Shown: in pieces, positions 18,180-27,370 of the stretch
How the letters are laid out: every line of letters starts with the position of its first letter
How positions within the stretch are numbered: position 1 is the first letter of the stretch
The notes under the pieces: generated by a model
What the model was told of the DNA's origin: nothing
Database searches by the model: none
What the model saw: the letters and a program-made list of their open reading frames with translations, nothing else
Made by a program: the position numbers and the translations under genes
Assembly (NCBI GenBank): GCA_000175855.1
Contig: ACYB01000042.1
Span: forward strand, 240,368-272,367
Reading direction: 5' to 3'
Source of the DNA: Raphidiopsis brookii D9
GTDB taxonomy: Bacteria; Cyanobacteriota; Cyanobacteriia; Cyanobacteriales; Nostocaceae
Length of the DNA: 32,000 nucleotides

Positions 18180-19475
18180 ATGTTAAAACGTAACGTTTCT
18201 CTAGTGTTGAGTGTAACATTGGCAACTAGTGCTTGTTTTTTGGGTGGTTGTGAAAATACAACCCAAAGTACAAATAATACTACCTCACCTACAAACACAG
18301 GAAGTGGTAAAGGACTAAAAATTGGTAGTTTATTGCCAACCACTGGGGATCTAGCTTCCATTGGTCAACAAATGGCAGCTTCAGTTCCCCTACTAGTAGA
18401 AACCGTCAATGCTTGTGGTGGTGTAAATGGTGAACCAGTACAACTAGTGGAAGTAGATGACCAAACTAAACCAGAAAGTGGTGCAGCTGGTATGACTAAA
18501 CTAGCTACAGTAGATAAAGTAGCTGGTGTAGTTGGTTCCTTTGCTAGTAGTGTTTCCACCGCAGCTGTTTCAGTAGCTACACCCAATAAAGTTATGCTGA
18601 TATCACCAGGAAGCACCAGTCCCGTATTTACCCAAAAAGCTCAAAAAGGTGACTTTAAAGGTTTTTGGGCACGGACTGCACCACCAGATACCTATCAAGC
18701 ATTGGCTTTAGCTCAACTGGCCAAGAAAAAAGGTTTTAAGAGGGTTTCCACAGTTGTGATTAATAACGACTATGGTGTAGGTTTTGAAAAAGCATTTGTA
18801 CAAACTTTTGAAAAATTAGGTGGAACAGTAGTTAATAAAAATAAACCTGTGCGCTATGACCCTAAAGCCCAAACTTTTGAAACTGAAGCTAGTGCCGCTT
18901 TTTCGGGTAAGCCAGATGCAGTTTTGGGTGTAATGTACGCAGAGACAGGTAGTTTATTTCTTAAAGCCGCTTATCAACAAGGAGTAGCTAAGGGAGTACA
19001 AATTCTATTGACTGATGGAGTGAAATCAGATAACTTCCCGGAACAGGTAGGTAAGGGAGCAGATGGTAAATATTTATTATCTGGAGCAATAGGAACAACC
19101 CCCGGTTCCAACGGTAAAGCCCTAGAGTCCTTCAAAAAATTATGGCAACAAAAGAAAGGTGGCACTCCGGGAGAATACGCACCTCAAGCCTGGGATGCTG
19201 CAGCTTTGTTGGTGTTAGCAGCTCAATCGGCTAAAGAAAATACCGGTGTGGGAATTTCCAGCAAAATTCGGGAAGTTGCTGAAGGTAGTGGCACAGAAGT
19301 TTCTGATGTGTGTGAAGGACTCAAATTGCTCAAAGCAGGTACAAAGATTAATTACCAAGGCGCTAGCGGGGATGTGGATGTGGATGCTAATGGTGATGTA
19401 CTCGGTGTTTATGATGTTTGGACTGTGGGTGATGATGGTAAAATCACAGTTATTGACCAAGTAAGTCCCAAATAG
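18180..19475 (+). CDS. natB: ABC transporter substrate-binding lipoprotein, Leu/Ile/Val-binding (type I PBP) family, NatB-like
   Basis: The ORF is open from 18150. ATG 18180 gives a textbook lipoprotein signal MLKRNVSLVLSVTLATSACFLGGC. LKIGSLLPTTGDL...VETVNACGGVNG...VAGVVGSFASSVS...LISPGSTSP resembles the neutral-amino-acid binding protein NatB as I recall, and is not UrtA-like. Confidence 0.7.
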   Translation: MLKRNVSLVLSVTLATSACFLGGCENTTQSTNNTTSPTNTGSGKGLKIGSLLPTTGDLASIGQQMAASVPLLVETVNACGGVNGEPVQLVEVDDQTKPESGAAGMTKLATVDKVAGVVGSFASSVSTAAVSVATPNKVMLISPGSTSPVFTQKAQKGDFKGFWARTAPPDTYQALALAQLAKKKGFKRVSTVVINNDYGVGFEKAFVQTFEKLGGTVVNKNKPVRYDPKAQTFETEASAAFSGKPDAVLGVMYAETGSLFLKAAYQQGVAKGVQILLTDGVKSDNFPEQVGKGADGKYLLSGAIGTTPGSNGKALESFKKLWQQKKGGTPGEYAPQAWDAAALLVLAAQSAKENTGVGISSKIREVAEGSGTEVSDVCEGLKLLKAGTKINYQGASGDVDVDANGDVLGVYDVWTVGDDGKITVIDQVSPK

Positions 19476-19481
19476 GTTTAT

Positions 19482-19506
19482 GGGGGGTTGGGAAGTACCC
19501 TCCCCC
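19482..19506. terminator. GC-rich hairpin between convergent natB-like and OMP genes
   Basis: GGGGG-TT-GGG / loop AAGTA / CCC-T-CCCCC, within the 37-nt gap between convergent stops. No clear U tract on either strand. Confidence 0.4.
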
Positions 19507-19512
19507 TGGTGA

Positions 19513-20127
19513 CTAAATTCCGCTGAATCTATAACCCACACCAAATAACAAACCAATATCAACGGAGCGGAAAAACCCCGCATTGATAGATGCTGTAGCG
19601 GTAAATCTATCACTTAATGGCATATCCACACCACCGGATAATAACAGAGCAATTCTAGGATATTTATCATTTTGAACTCGCACATTAATATCCCTACTGT
19701 CTTTAATTGCCACGCCAATTCCCGCATAGGGAGCAATGGGTAGGGTGGAACCATTTAATACTTGTTTTATTTGTGGGTAGGCAAAATCATAAGTGATGGG
19801 AAATATAAGTGTGGTCTCTCTACCTAAAACCGCTCCCGGTCTGATTGAGAATGAATTGAAAAGGGAGAGCTTGCTGACAATTCCAAAATTACCATCAGCT
19901 AATGGGGAACTACCACCACTTATACCAATATTTCCTCCCACCCCTATATAACTTCCCCCTTCTTGAATGGGTCTTGTTAAAGCAGCATCCATTTGAGACT
20001 GGGTAGCTTGATCAGGAGGAGCAGCATTATCTGATGGACTAACCTGTGCTGTTGCAGAAAGACCACCACCTAAAACCACTAAGGTTAGTAAACTTGATAA
20101 GCAAAAAAGATGTTTGGCTAAAAACAT
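19513..20127 (-). CDS. small outer-membrane beta-barrel-like protein with signal peptide
   Basis: ATG at 20127 gives the signal peptide MFLAKHLFCLSSLLTLVVLGGGLSATAQ (the track uses GTG at 20136). The body is Gly/Ser-rich with alternating hydrophobic residues and a C-terminal GVGYRF motif near the end. Confidence 0.55.
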   Translation of the reverse strand: MFLAKHLFCLSSLLTLVVLGGGLSATAQVSPSDNAAPPDQATQSQMDAALTRPIQEGGSYIGVGGNIGISGGSSPLADGNFGIVSKLSLFNSFSIRPGAVLGRETTLIFPITYDFAYPQIKQVLNGSTLPIAPYAGIGVAIKDSRDINVRVQNDKYPRIALLLSGGVDMPLSDRFTATASINAGFFRSVDIGLLFGVGYRFSGI

Positions 20128-20335
20128 AGTATTCACATCATTGGGTAGTATTGTGATATGGTAACATCTCTAAGTTGTTAGTATTGTTTGGGACGAAATC
20201 CATGGTTAATATCAAGAATTTCCTCACTCTTTAACATTCAACACTAAAAAATCCTTTTTTGCATCCCTAATTTGAAATAAACTATTAGGATAGAAGTATT
20301 TGCTACCCTGTGTATATATCTCACCAGAGTTAATA

Positions 20336-23300
20336 ATGATTCCAGTTCGACTGATTCTAAAAAACTTTTTGAGTTACCGTGATGCAACTTTAGATTTTAC
20401 GGGATTGCACACGGCCTGCATTTGTGGTCCTAATGGAGCAGGTAAATCTTCTTTGTTGGAGTCTATAACTTGGGCAATCTGGGGTCAAAGTCGTGCCAAT
20501 ATTGAGGATGATGTTATCTATGCTGGAGCGCAAGAGGTTAGGGTTGATTTTACCTTCTACAACAATTTACAAAAATATCGGGTAATCCGTACTCGTGCCC
20601 GAGGTGCTACGGGTATGTTAGAATTTCAACTGGAAACTCCTGCTGGTTTTCGTCCTCTTACGGGTAAGGGGATCCGTGCTACCCAGGACCTGATTCTCCA
20701 ACATATTAAGTTGGATTATGAAACTTTTATTAATTCGGCTTACCTCCGTCAAGGACGCGCTGATGAATTTATGCTAAAAGGGCCTGCTCAACGTAAGGAG
20801 ATTTTGGCGGAGTTGTTAAAGCTTAATCAGTACGATTTGTTGGAGGAAAGAGCTAAGGATAATTCCAAGCAGTGTAAGGGAAGGGTGGAAGAGTTGGAAC
20901 GTTCTATCCACAACATTCAATTACAATTGACTGAGAGGGAAACAATTCAAACCCAAAGAGCAACTTTGGAAACTAGATTACATCATCTGCAACAACAACA
21001 GACTTCTGATTATCAACACTTGCAAGATCTACAGCTGGTTGAACGTCAACGTCACGATTGGGAAACTAAGTTGGGGGTAGTTCAACAACAGTGCCAAAAT
21101 CTCGTTCTAGAATGCGATCGCCTTTATCAAGATGGTTCAATTGTCAAGTCTCAATTGGAGGAGTTAGATTCTATTTTAGGTCAGTCTGAAGAAATTACAG
21201 CTGGTTATATTGGTTTTCAAGCTCTACAATCTCAGGAAGAGTCTTTTACTAGGAAATTTGAGCAACATAATCGTGCTATTAGTTCTAAACAAGCACGAGA
21301 ACAGGAACTTATGACACGAGTCCAAGCCATTCAACTACAAATACAACAAGAGTCAGTAGAATTAAGGTCCTCGGAAAAACAAGAGCAGGAATTACAAGGG
21401 TGCTTACATAAGTCTAAAGAAGTAGAAGCTGCCTTGATCAGTCTGTTTGCTGCTCGTGAACATCTTAACCAGATGGATCAGTTACAAATTCAGGTGACTC
21501 CCCTCCTCCAACAACGAGCAAGTTTACAAAGTCAGATAGACCGGGTTTATGCCACTTTGTCAGCTAAATTGGAGGGGTTGGAAAATACTCGACAACAACT
21601 ACAATCCAAAGATTCTGACTTCTCTCGGTTACAGGATTCTGCTACACAGCTGGATAAGCAAATTGAGGAGTTGGAAAAGAAACGCGTTTATCTGCAAAGG
21701 GTACATGAAAAGGGAAATGATCGTCGTCATGTAATTGAACGTTTGCAAACTCATCAAACTGAATACGAGAAATCTTTGGGTAAGCTGGAACAAAAGATAC
21801 AGCTACTTCAGGAGCCTAATGCTCTATGTCCCCTCTGTGAATGTCCTTTAGATAAGCATAATTGGAGTCGGGTTGTAGAAAAAACTCAGGGAGAATACAA
21901 GGATACTCAGGAACAATTTTGGCAAATACGGGAATTATTGGCAGTGTCTGACCAAGAAATTAAAGCATTAAGGTCGGAATATCAGACAATCTCCCGACAG
22001 GTGGCAGAATATGAGTCTTTAAGGCAAAAGAAAGGAGAATTGGGTGCTAAGCTACAAGCTATGATCGATAATCGAGAAAGGTTGAAGCAACTTGCTTTAG
22101 AAAAGCAAAGTTTACAGGCTCAATTACAAGGGGATTATGCTCCAGAACTACAACAGGAACTACAAGAGGTAGATCAGCATTTACAACAACTAAATTATCA
22201 GGAAGAAAATCACGCTTTAGCTAGAAGTGACATAGAGCGTTGGCGATGGGCAGAAATTAAACAAGCTCAGATTAAAGATGCTCAAAAGAAAATAGCTCAA
22301 ATAGCACAGATTAAGCCTAAACTAGTAGCCAAGATTGAGGAGTTACAAGCACAAGTGCTATGGGAACAGACTAATTCACCAATAGCTGAGGAAATTAGGG
22401 GATTAGCAGTGGATCTTGCTGCTATTGATTATAGTCATGAAGCACACCAGGAAATTCATAGAAAAGTTCAAGGGAGTCAACATTGGCAATTGAAACATCA
22501 GCAGTTGTTATCTGCTCAACAACAATATCCTTATCTGGAAAAAAGACTGGCAGATTTGAGTAGTGATTTGCAGCAAAGAGAGGCGCTAAAACAAAAATTT
22601 GCCATGGAAATAGGCGAAATACAGAAGCAATTAGCGTCTATGGTCAATCCAAGAGAGAAAATTGCTGATTTAGACCGAAAAATGGTAGCTCGTCGTCAAG
22701 AAATGGATGAAACTATTACTCATTTAGGCAGGTTGGAACAAAAAATAAATCAGTTAGAACTGCTCCAAAATCAGTATGAGCAAGAAAAGGAGCAATTAGC
22801 ACTTTGTAAGAAAAAACAGCGCGTTTATCAGGAATTGGCACAGGCCTTTGGTAAAAATGGTATCCAAGCACTAATGATTGAAAATGTGTTACCACAACTG
22901 GAAGCCCAGACCAATAAGTTACTTTCTCGGTTGAGTGGTAGTCAGTTACATGTACAGTTTATTACCCAGAAGTTGGGGAGTAAATCAACTAAGAAAAGCG
23001 CTAAGTTGGTGGACACTTTAGAAATTTTAATTGCTGACACAAGAGGTACAAGAGCTTATGAAACTTATTCAGGAGGGGAGGCGTTTAGAATTAACTTTGC
23101 CATTCGGTTAGCATTGGCTAAATTGCTGGCCCAGCGTGCTGGTGCTGCACTGCAGTTGTTAATTATAGATGAGGGATTTGGCACCCAAGATACGGAAGGA
23201 TGCGATCGCCTGATTGCTTCAATCAACGCAATAGCGACTGATTTTGCCTGTATTTTGACTGTGACCCATATTCCCCATCTCAAGGAAGCGTTTCAGGCGC

Positions 23301-23353
23301 GAATAGAAGTAAATAAGAACCAACTGGGTTCCCATTTATCGCTATTAATTTGA
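20336..23353 (+). CDS. sbcC: SbcC/Rad50-family SMC-like ATPase (exonuclease SbcC)
   Basis: ATG 20336 gives MIPVRLILKNFLSYRD...CGPNGAGKSSLLE (Walker A). A very long Gln/Leu/Glu-rich coiled coil carries a central zinc hook CPLC (21827-21838). The C-terminus has the signature YSGGEAFR, Walker B LLIIDEGFG and an H-loop VTHIP. No sbcD adjacent. Confidence 0.88.
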   Translation: MIPVRLILKNFLSYRDATLDFTGLHTACICGPNGAGKSSLLESITWAIWGQSRANIEDDVIYAGAQEVRVDFTFYNNLQKYRVIRTRARGATGMLEFQLETPAGFRPLTGKGIRATQDLILQHIKLDYETFINSAYLRQGRADEFMLKGPAQRKEILAELLKLNQYDLLEERAKDNSKQCKGRVEELERSIHNIQLQLTERETIQTQRATLETRLHHLQQQQTSDYQHLQDLQLVERQRHDWETKLGVVQQQCQNLVLECDRLYQDGSIVKSQLEELDSILGQSEEITAGYIGFQALQSQEESFTRKFEQHNRAISSKQAREQELMTRVQAIQLQIQQESVELRSSEKQEQELQGCLHKSKEVEAALISLFAAREHLNQMDQLQIQVTPLLQQRASLQSQIDRVYATLSAKLEGLENTRQQLQSKDSDFSRLQDSATQLDKQIEELEKKRVYLQRVHEKGNDRRHVIERLQTHQTEYEKSLGKLEQKIQLLQEPNALCPLCECPLDKHNWSRVVEKTQGEYKDTQEQFWQIRELLAVSDQEIKALRSEYQTISRQVAEYESLRQKKGELGAKLQAMIDNRERLKQLALEKQSLQAQLQGDYAPELQQELQEVDQHLQQLNYQEENHALARSDIERWRWAEIKQAQIKDAQKKIAQIAQIKPKLVAKIEELQAQVLWEQTNSPIAEEIRGLAVDLAAIDYSHEAHQEIHRKVQGSQHWQLKHQQLLSAQQQYPYLEKRLADLSSDLQQREALKQKFAMEIGEIQKQLASMVNPREKIADLDRKMVARRQEMDETITHLGRLEQKINQLELLQNQYEQEKEQLALCKKKQRVYQELAQAFGKNGIQALMIENVLPQLEAQTNKLLSRLSGSQLHVQFITQKLGSKSTKKSAKLVDTLEILIADTRGTRAYETYSGGEAFRINFAIRLALAKLLAQRAGAALQLLIIDEGFGTQDTEGCDRLIASINAIATDFACILTVTHIPHLKEAFQARIEVNKNQLGSHLSLLI

Positions 23354-23808
23354 TTTTTCCGTATTGCCACTTTTAACCCAACCTTCTTGATTAGTATCTG
23401 GAATCCTAATTTTTCCCACTTACCATCCTGACTGGTTTCTAAAATAATCACTTTTTGATTACCAGCAACTCCACCAATGGCTTGACCCTCAAAAGCGGGC
23501 TTATCTCGCATAGTCAAACCTTGTGACCAAGTAACCACAGCAGTGTAGGATCCTGATGGTAAAGGAGTAGGTGATTCCCTTGGGAGGTCTGGTGTTGCGA
23601 TAGGTTTTGGTTTCACCTTAACCACCTTTTTCCGGGTAACCCTGGGTAAATTAGGTTTTGGATCGGGATTATCATTAGGAAACATGGGTTTTTGAGGAGT
23701 GATGGCAGTGCGATTGATAAAGTATATGGCTATTGTCATACCACTACCCAACAAAACGGCGATCGCTAACAAAAACCCAAGTACAAATTTAAGCAAACCA
23801 GAGAGCAT
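23345..23808 (-). pseudogene. membrane-anchored SH3b-domain protein, C-terminal frame broken as given
   Basis: N-terminal TM LKFVLGFLLAIAVLLGSGMTIAIYFI, a Pro/Lys-rich linker, then an SH3-like YTAVVTWSQGLTMRDKP...VIILETSQDGKWEK. As given, the ORF runs on to 23293, overlapping the sbcC 3' end by 61 nt. Adding one base in the minus-strand GTGGGAAAAA (plus 23410-23419) gives ...GKWEKIRIPDTNQEGWVKSGNTEKSN* with a stop at 23345-23347, a typical SH3b ending. Confidence 0.7.
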
Positions 23809-23850
23809 AATTATTCCTTACTTTATCAAGAAGATACATCCCATAACTTA

Positions 23851-25362
23851 CTATAATTGACGTTGTATACGTTCAGTTAAAGAACTATGCTTAGAAGCTA
23901 GACGGGCTCGACCAGAAGCTGCCCATTCTTGAAGTTGTTGAATTTGTTCCACAGCTGTTCTAGCTAGAGGAATGATTTGACTAGCAGCTTCTAAAATGTC
24001 ATCAGTGGTGAAATCACGGTTTTGACTGAACGCAATGTGCATAGCTTCAATTAAAGTCTGCTCAATTTCTGCTCCAGAAAAATCAGGAGTTTCGTAGGCC
24101 AATCTATCAATTTCATAACCCTTGACATTATGGGGACGTAACCTAGATAGGTGAACATGGAAAATAGCCTTTCTTTCCTCCTGGGTGGGTAAACCCACAA
24201 AGAAAATTTCATCAAATCGCCCCTTACGCAACATTTCCGGAGGTAGAGACTGAATATCATTAGCAGTAGAAACCACAAATACCGGAGAGGTCTTTTCTGC
24301 TAACCAAGTGATAAAAGTACCGAATACCCGACTAGTTGTTCCCCCATCACCCTTACTACCCAGACCAGAAAAAGCCTTATCAATTTCATCAATCCACAAT
24401 ATACAGGGAGCTAGAGCTTCAGCAACTTGAATCATTTGTCTCGTGCGGGATTCTGACTCACCAACTAAACCCCCAAATAAACGACCCACATCTAAGCGTA
24501 ACAGAGGTAAATGCCAATGGTGAGCGATCGCCTTAGCAGTTAGGGACTTACCAGTTCCCTGAATTCCCACCAACATTAAACCACGGGGGTGTGGCAATCC
24601 GTACTGTCGAGCCCGTTGTGTAAATGAGCCACCACGGCGAATTAACCAGTCCTTGAGATTATCTAATCCACCAATATCAGAGATTTGCTCGGTAGCAGGG
24701 TAGAAGTCAAGAATTTGGGTTTGGCGAATAGTTTGGCGTTTTTCTTCCAGAACCAGGTCCACATCTTCTGGCAAAAGCTCTCCATGGGATGCTAAAGCCC
24801 GTGACAGAACTCGGCGAATTCTTTCCATTGATAGACCCTGACAGGAACGGACCAAATCATCCACAAACTTACCAGACAGAGAGTTACCTGTGGCCTGTAA
24901 CAGTTTTTCCACTTCGGTTTTAATTTCCGGGACAGTGGGTAAAGGGAATTCCACCACAGTCATAACTTCCGTTAAATCATCGGGAATAAGAACACGTGGG
25001 GATAATAAAACAATGTTTTTCGGTTGAGATTTCAGGACTCGGGATAAATTACGAAGTTTGCGAGCAATAGCCACATCGTCTAAAAAGCGATGATAATCTC
25101 TTAAAATTATAACCGCACAGACAGAGGATGGTATTTTTTCAACAAATTCTAAAGCTTGCAGAGGATTGCGTTTACCAAAACCCTGATCATTAGGGTTTCC
25201 CTGATAACCATCAACAAAGTCCCAGGTATAGACCGGGCGATTTCCTTGATTTGTTGCTTCTTCCCTAATAGTAGCTTCCACCCTTTCTTCTTCCTGGGTA
25301 GGAATGTAAATTAGGGGATAGCGGGCACGGAGTAATAGTTTAAATTCTTCGCGGAAGTTCAT
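23851..25362 (-). CDS. ycf46: AAA+ ATPase, Ycf46-type
   Basis: 503-aa ORF with an N-terminus MNFREEFKLLLRARYPLIYIPTQEEERVE. The AAA module lies in the C-terminal half (Walker A GIQGTGKS, Walker B ILWIDEIDK). The architecture and N-terminus match the conserved cyanobacterial/plastid Ycf46 as I recall. Confidence 0.72.
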   Translation of the reverse strand: MNFREEFKLLLRARYPLIYIPTQEEERVEATIREEATNQGNRPVYTWDFVDGYQGNPNDQGFGKRNPLQALEFVEKIPSSVCAVIILRDYHRFLDDVAIARKLRNLSRVLKSQPKNIVLLSPRVLIPDDLTEVMTVVEFPLPTVPEIKTEVEKLLQATGNSLSGKFVDDLVRSCQGLSMERIRRVLSRALASHGELLPEDVDLVLEEKRQTIRQTQILDFYPATEQISDIGGLDNLKDWLIRRGGSFTQRARQYGLPHPRGLMLVGIQGTGKSLTAKAIAHHWHLPLLRLDVGRLFGGLVGESESRTRQMIQVAEALAPCILWIDEIDKAFSGLGSKGDGGTTSRVFGTFITWLAEKTSPVFVVSTANDIQSLPPEMLRKGRFDEIFFVGLPTQEERKAIFHVHLSRLRPHNVKGYEIDRLAYETPDFSGAEIEQTLIEAMHIAFSQNRDFTTDDILEAASQIIPLARTAVEQIQQLQEWAASGRARLASKHSSLTERIQRQL

Positions 25363-25432
25363 AGTGATATAATAGGGTTGTTATAATGAGATAGATAATT
25401 GCTATTTGTAAATTCGGCTGTAAACTTGTAGT

Positions 25433-26161
25433 ATGAGCAACACTAGTAATTTTCGTCAAGCTTTTCGTGAAGCACAAAACCACAGTCTTGTGGGTCCCAA
25501 CGTTATTGCCAAAGCTTTGCCCTATGTTGGTGGTGGTCTTGTTCTCACTGCTGTGGGCACCTATGGTGGTCTAGGTGTTATTAATTCCTACCCAGAATTA
25601 TTCTTTCCTAGTTTCTTGGGTGCGGTAGTAGTGGAACTGATTTTGTTCTTTGTGTCCCAAAATGTGGCCAAGAAGGGTCAAAATGCCATCGCTTTGCCAC
25701 TCCTGGCCATTTATAGTCTGTTGTCAGGATACACCCTCAGCGGCTTAGTATTCGTGGCTCTAGGTACCCAGGGAGTGGGTATTCAGGGGATTGGCATAGC
25801 AGCATTGGGATGTGGTATTACCTTCATTGTAGCCCGTCAAATCGGTAGTAATCTTTCAGAATCCGATGGCATGGCCCTGACTAAAACCATTTCTCTGGGA
25901 ATACTAGCCTTGCTTGTTGTATGCCTAACTCAATTTGTTTTTACCCTGTTTGGTGTTTATACACCCACCTGGTTAGAAATTGGGATTTCCGGCCTGGGAG
26001 TATTTCTCTTTGCTGGCGCATCAGTGGTGGATTTTTACATACTACCTCGCACCTACACCAATGAAGAATACTTGCCCGCAGCTTTGTCAATGTATCTAAC
26101 ATACATTAACCTTTTTGTGTTTATTTTGAGACTGTTAATTGCCCTCAATAGTCGGGACTAG
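25433..26161 (+). CDS. Bax inhibitor-1/YccA-family integral membrane protein
   Basis: 242-aa ORF with about 7 hydrophobic segments. Size and topology are typical of the BI-1/YccA family. The assignment rests on pattern only. Confidence 0.55.
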   Translation: MSNTSNFRQAFREAQNHSLVGPNVIAKALPYVGGGLVLTAVGTYGGLGVINSYPELFFPSFLGAVVVELILFFVSQNVAKKGQNAIALPLLAIYSLLSGYTLSGLVFVALGTQGVGIQGIGIAALGCGITFIVARQIGSNLSESDGMALTKTISLGILALLVVCLTQFVFTLFGVYTPTWLEIGISGLGVFLFAGASVVDFYILPRTYTNEEYLPAALSMYLTYINLFVFILRLLIALNSRD

Positions 26162-26163
26162 TC

Positions 26164-26193
26164 TAATCAATTTTAATCAATTCTAATCAATTA
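26164..26193 (+). repeat. three tandem 10-mers TAATCAATT[T/C/A]
   Basis: Read directly: taatcaattt taatcaattc taatcaatta, between the BI-1 stop and the following hairpin. Confidence 0.9.
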
Positions 26194-26195
26194 AA

Positions 26196-26219
26196 GTGGG
26201 AGCATTTAACTGCTCCCAC
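26196..26219 (+). terminator. hairpin downstream of the BI-1-like gene
   Basis: GTGGGAGC (26196-26203), loop ATTTAACT, GCTCCCAC (26212-26219): a perfect 8-bp stem followed by a pyrimidine/T-rich ATCACTCTTGTTCTT. Confidence 0.55.
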
Positions 26220-26250
26220 ATCACTCTTGTTCTTATGGATAGGATAAACT

Positions 26251-27370
26251 ATGGAAGTTCTAGAACTAAAACGGGAAATAGAAGTATTGTGTAATCGCCT
26301 GGGTAAAACCCAGGACTATCTTTGACGTACCCGCAGTCAAAGCCAAAATTCAAGACCTGGAACAGATATCAGCCCAACCAGAATTTTGGGATGACCAAAA
26401 CCAGGCACAACAAACACTTCAGGAGCTAAACGACCTCAAATCTCACTTAGATCAGTATTACCACTGGCAGGCTGACTTAGAAGATACTAAAGCAGTAGTG
26501 GAACTATTGGAACTAGAAGCAGATGAAGGACTCTTACAGGAAGCTGAAACTACCATTAACCAAATGCACCGTGATCTGGATCAGTGGGAGTTACAACAAC
26601 TACTTTCCGGACCCTACGATAGCCAGGGCGCAGTCCTAACAATCAATGCAGGTGCAGGAGGTACTGATGCCCAAGACTGGGCATTCATGTTAATGCGGAT
26701 GTACACCCGTTGGGCAGAAGCCCATGGCTATAAAGTGACACTAGCTGAAGAATCTGAAGGTGACGAAGCGGGGATAAAATCAGCTACCCTGGAAATTACA
26801 GGTCGTTATGCATACGGTTATCTACGCGCAGAAATGGGAACCCATCGGTTAGTGAGAATTTCTCCTTTTAATGCCAATGGTAAACGCCAAACTAGTTTTG
26901 CTGGAGTAGAAGTTATGCCACAAATAGATAACTCCGTCACCCTAGAAATACCAGAGAAAGATTTAGAAGTCACTACCTCCCGAGCGGGGGGTAAGGGTGG
27001 ACAAAACGTCAACAAGGTAGAAACAGCAGTGCGTATAGTTCATATTCCCACAGGAATAGCAGTGCGTTGTACAGAAGAGCGATCGCAATTACAAAATAAA
27101 GAAAAAGCTTTAGCTCGTCTCAAGGCTAAGCTTTTAGTTATTGCCAGGGAGCAACGTGCCCAAGAGATAGCTGAAATTCGTGGTGACATGGTAGAAGCAT
27201 CCTGGGGCAATCAAATACGTAACTACGTTTTTCATCCTTATCAAATAGTCAAAGACTTGCGTACAAACCTTGAAACAACGGCTATTATTGATGTAATGAA
27301 TGGTGATCTGGATAATTTTATCCAAGCATATCTGAGGCAAGAAAATCAATTGGTAACTAGTGGTGAGTAG
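26251..27370 (+). CDS. prfB: peptide chain release factor 2 (programmed +1 frameshift)
   Basis: ATG 26251 gives MEVLELKREIEVLCNRLGKTQDYL, then an in-frame TGA at 26323. The +1 frame continues DVPAVKAKIQDLEQISAQPEFWDDQ... into track ORF 26498..27370, which contains SPF and GGQ (RAGGKGGQNVNKVETAVR) motifs. Total 372 aa. Confidence 0.93.
26317..26326 (+). promoter_or_regulatory. prfB: prfB autoregulatory +1 frameshift site TAT CTT TGA C
   Basis: Canonical CUU UGA C slippery/stop context, with a short SD-like AGGA ending 4 nt upstream of CTT. Confidence 0.88.

Noticed and set aside
19215-19613. 132-aa minus-strand ORF
   Set aside because: It overlaps the natB-like 3' end, the intergenic hairpin and the OMP 3' end. 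It is a shadow ORF.
20140-20190. Possible LexA/SOS box in front of sbcC
   Set aside because: Only the TAGTA half-site is present, and no GTTC/GTAC right half occurs at the required spacing. I kept it only as a low-interest direct-repeat finding.
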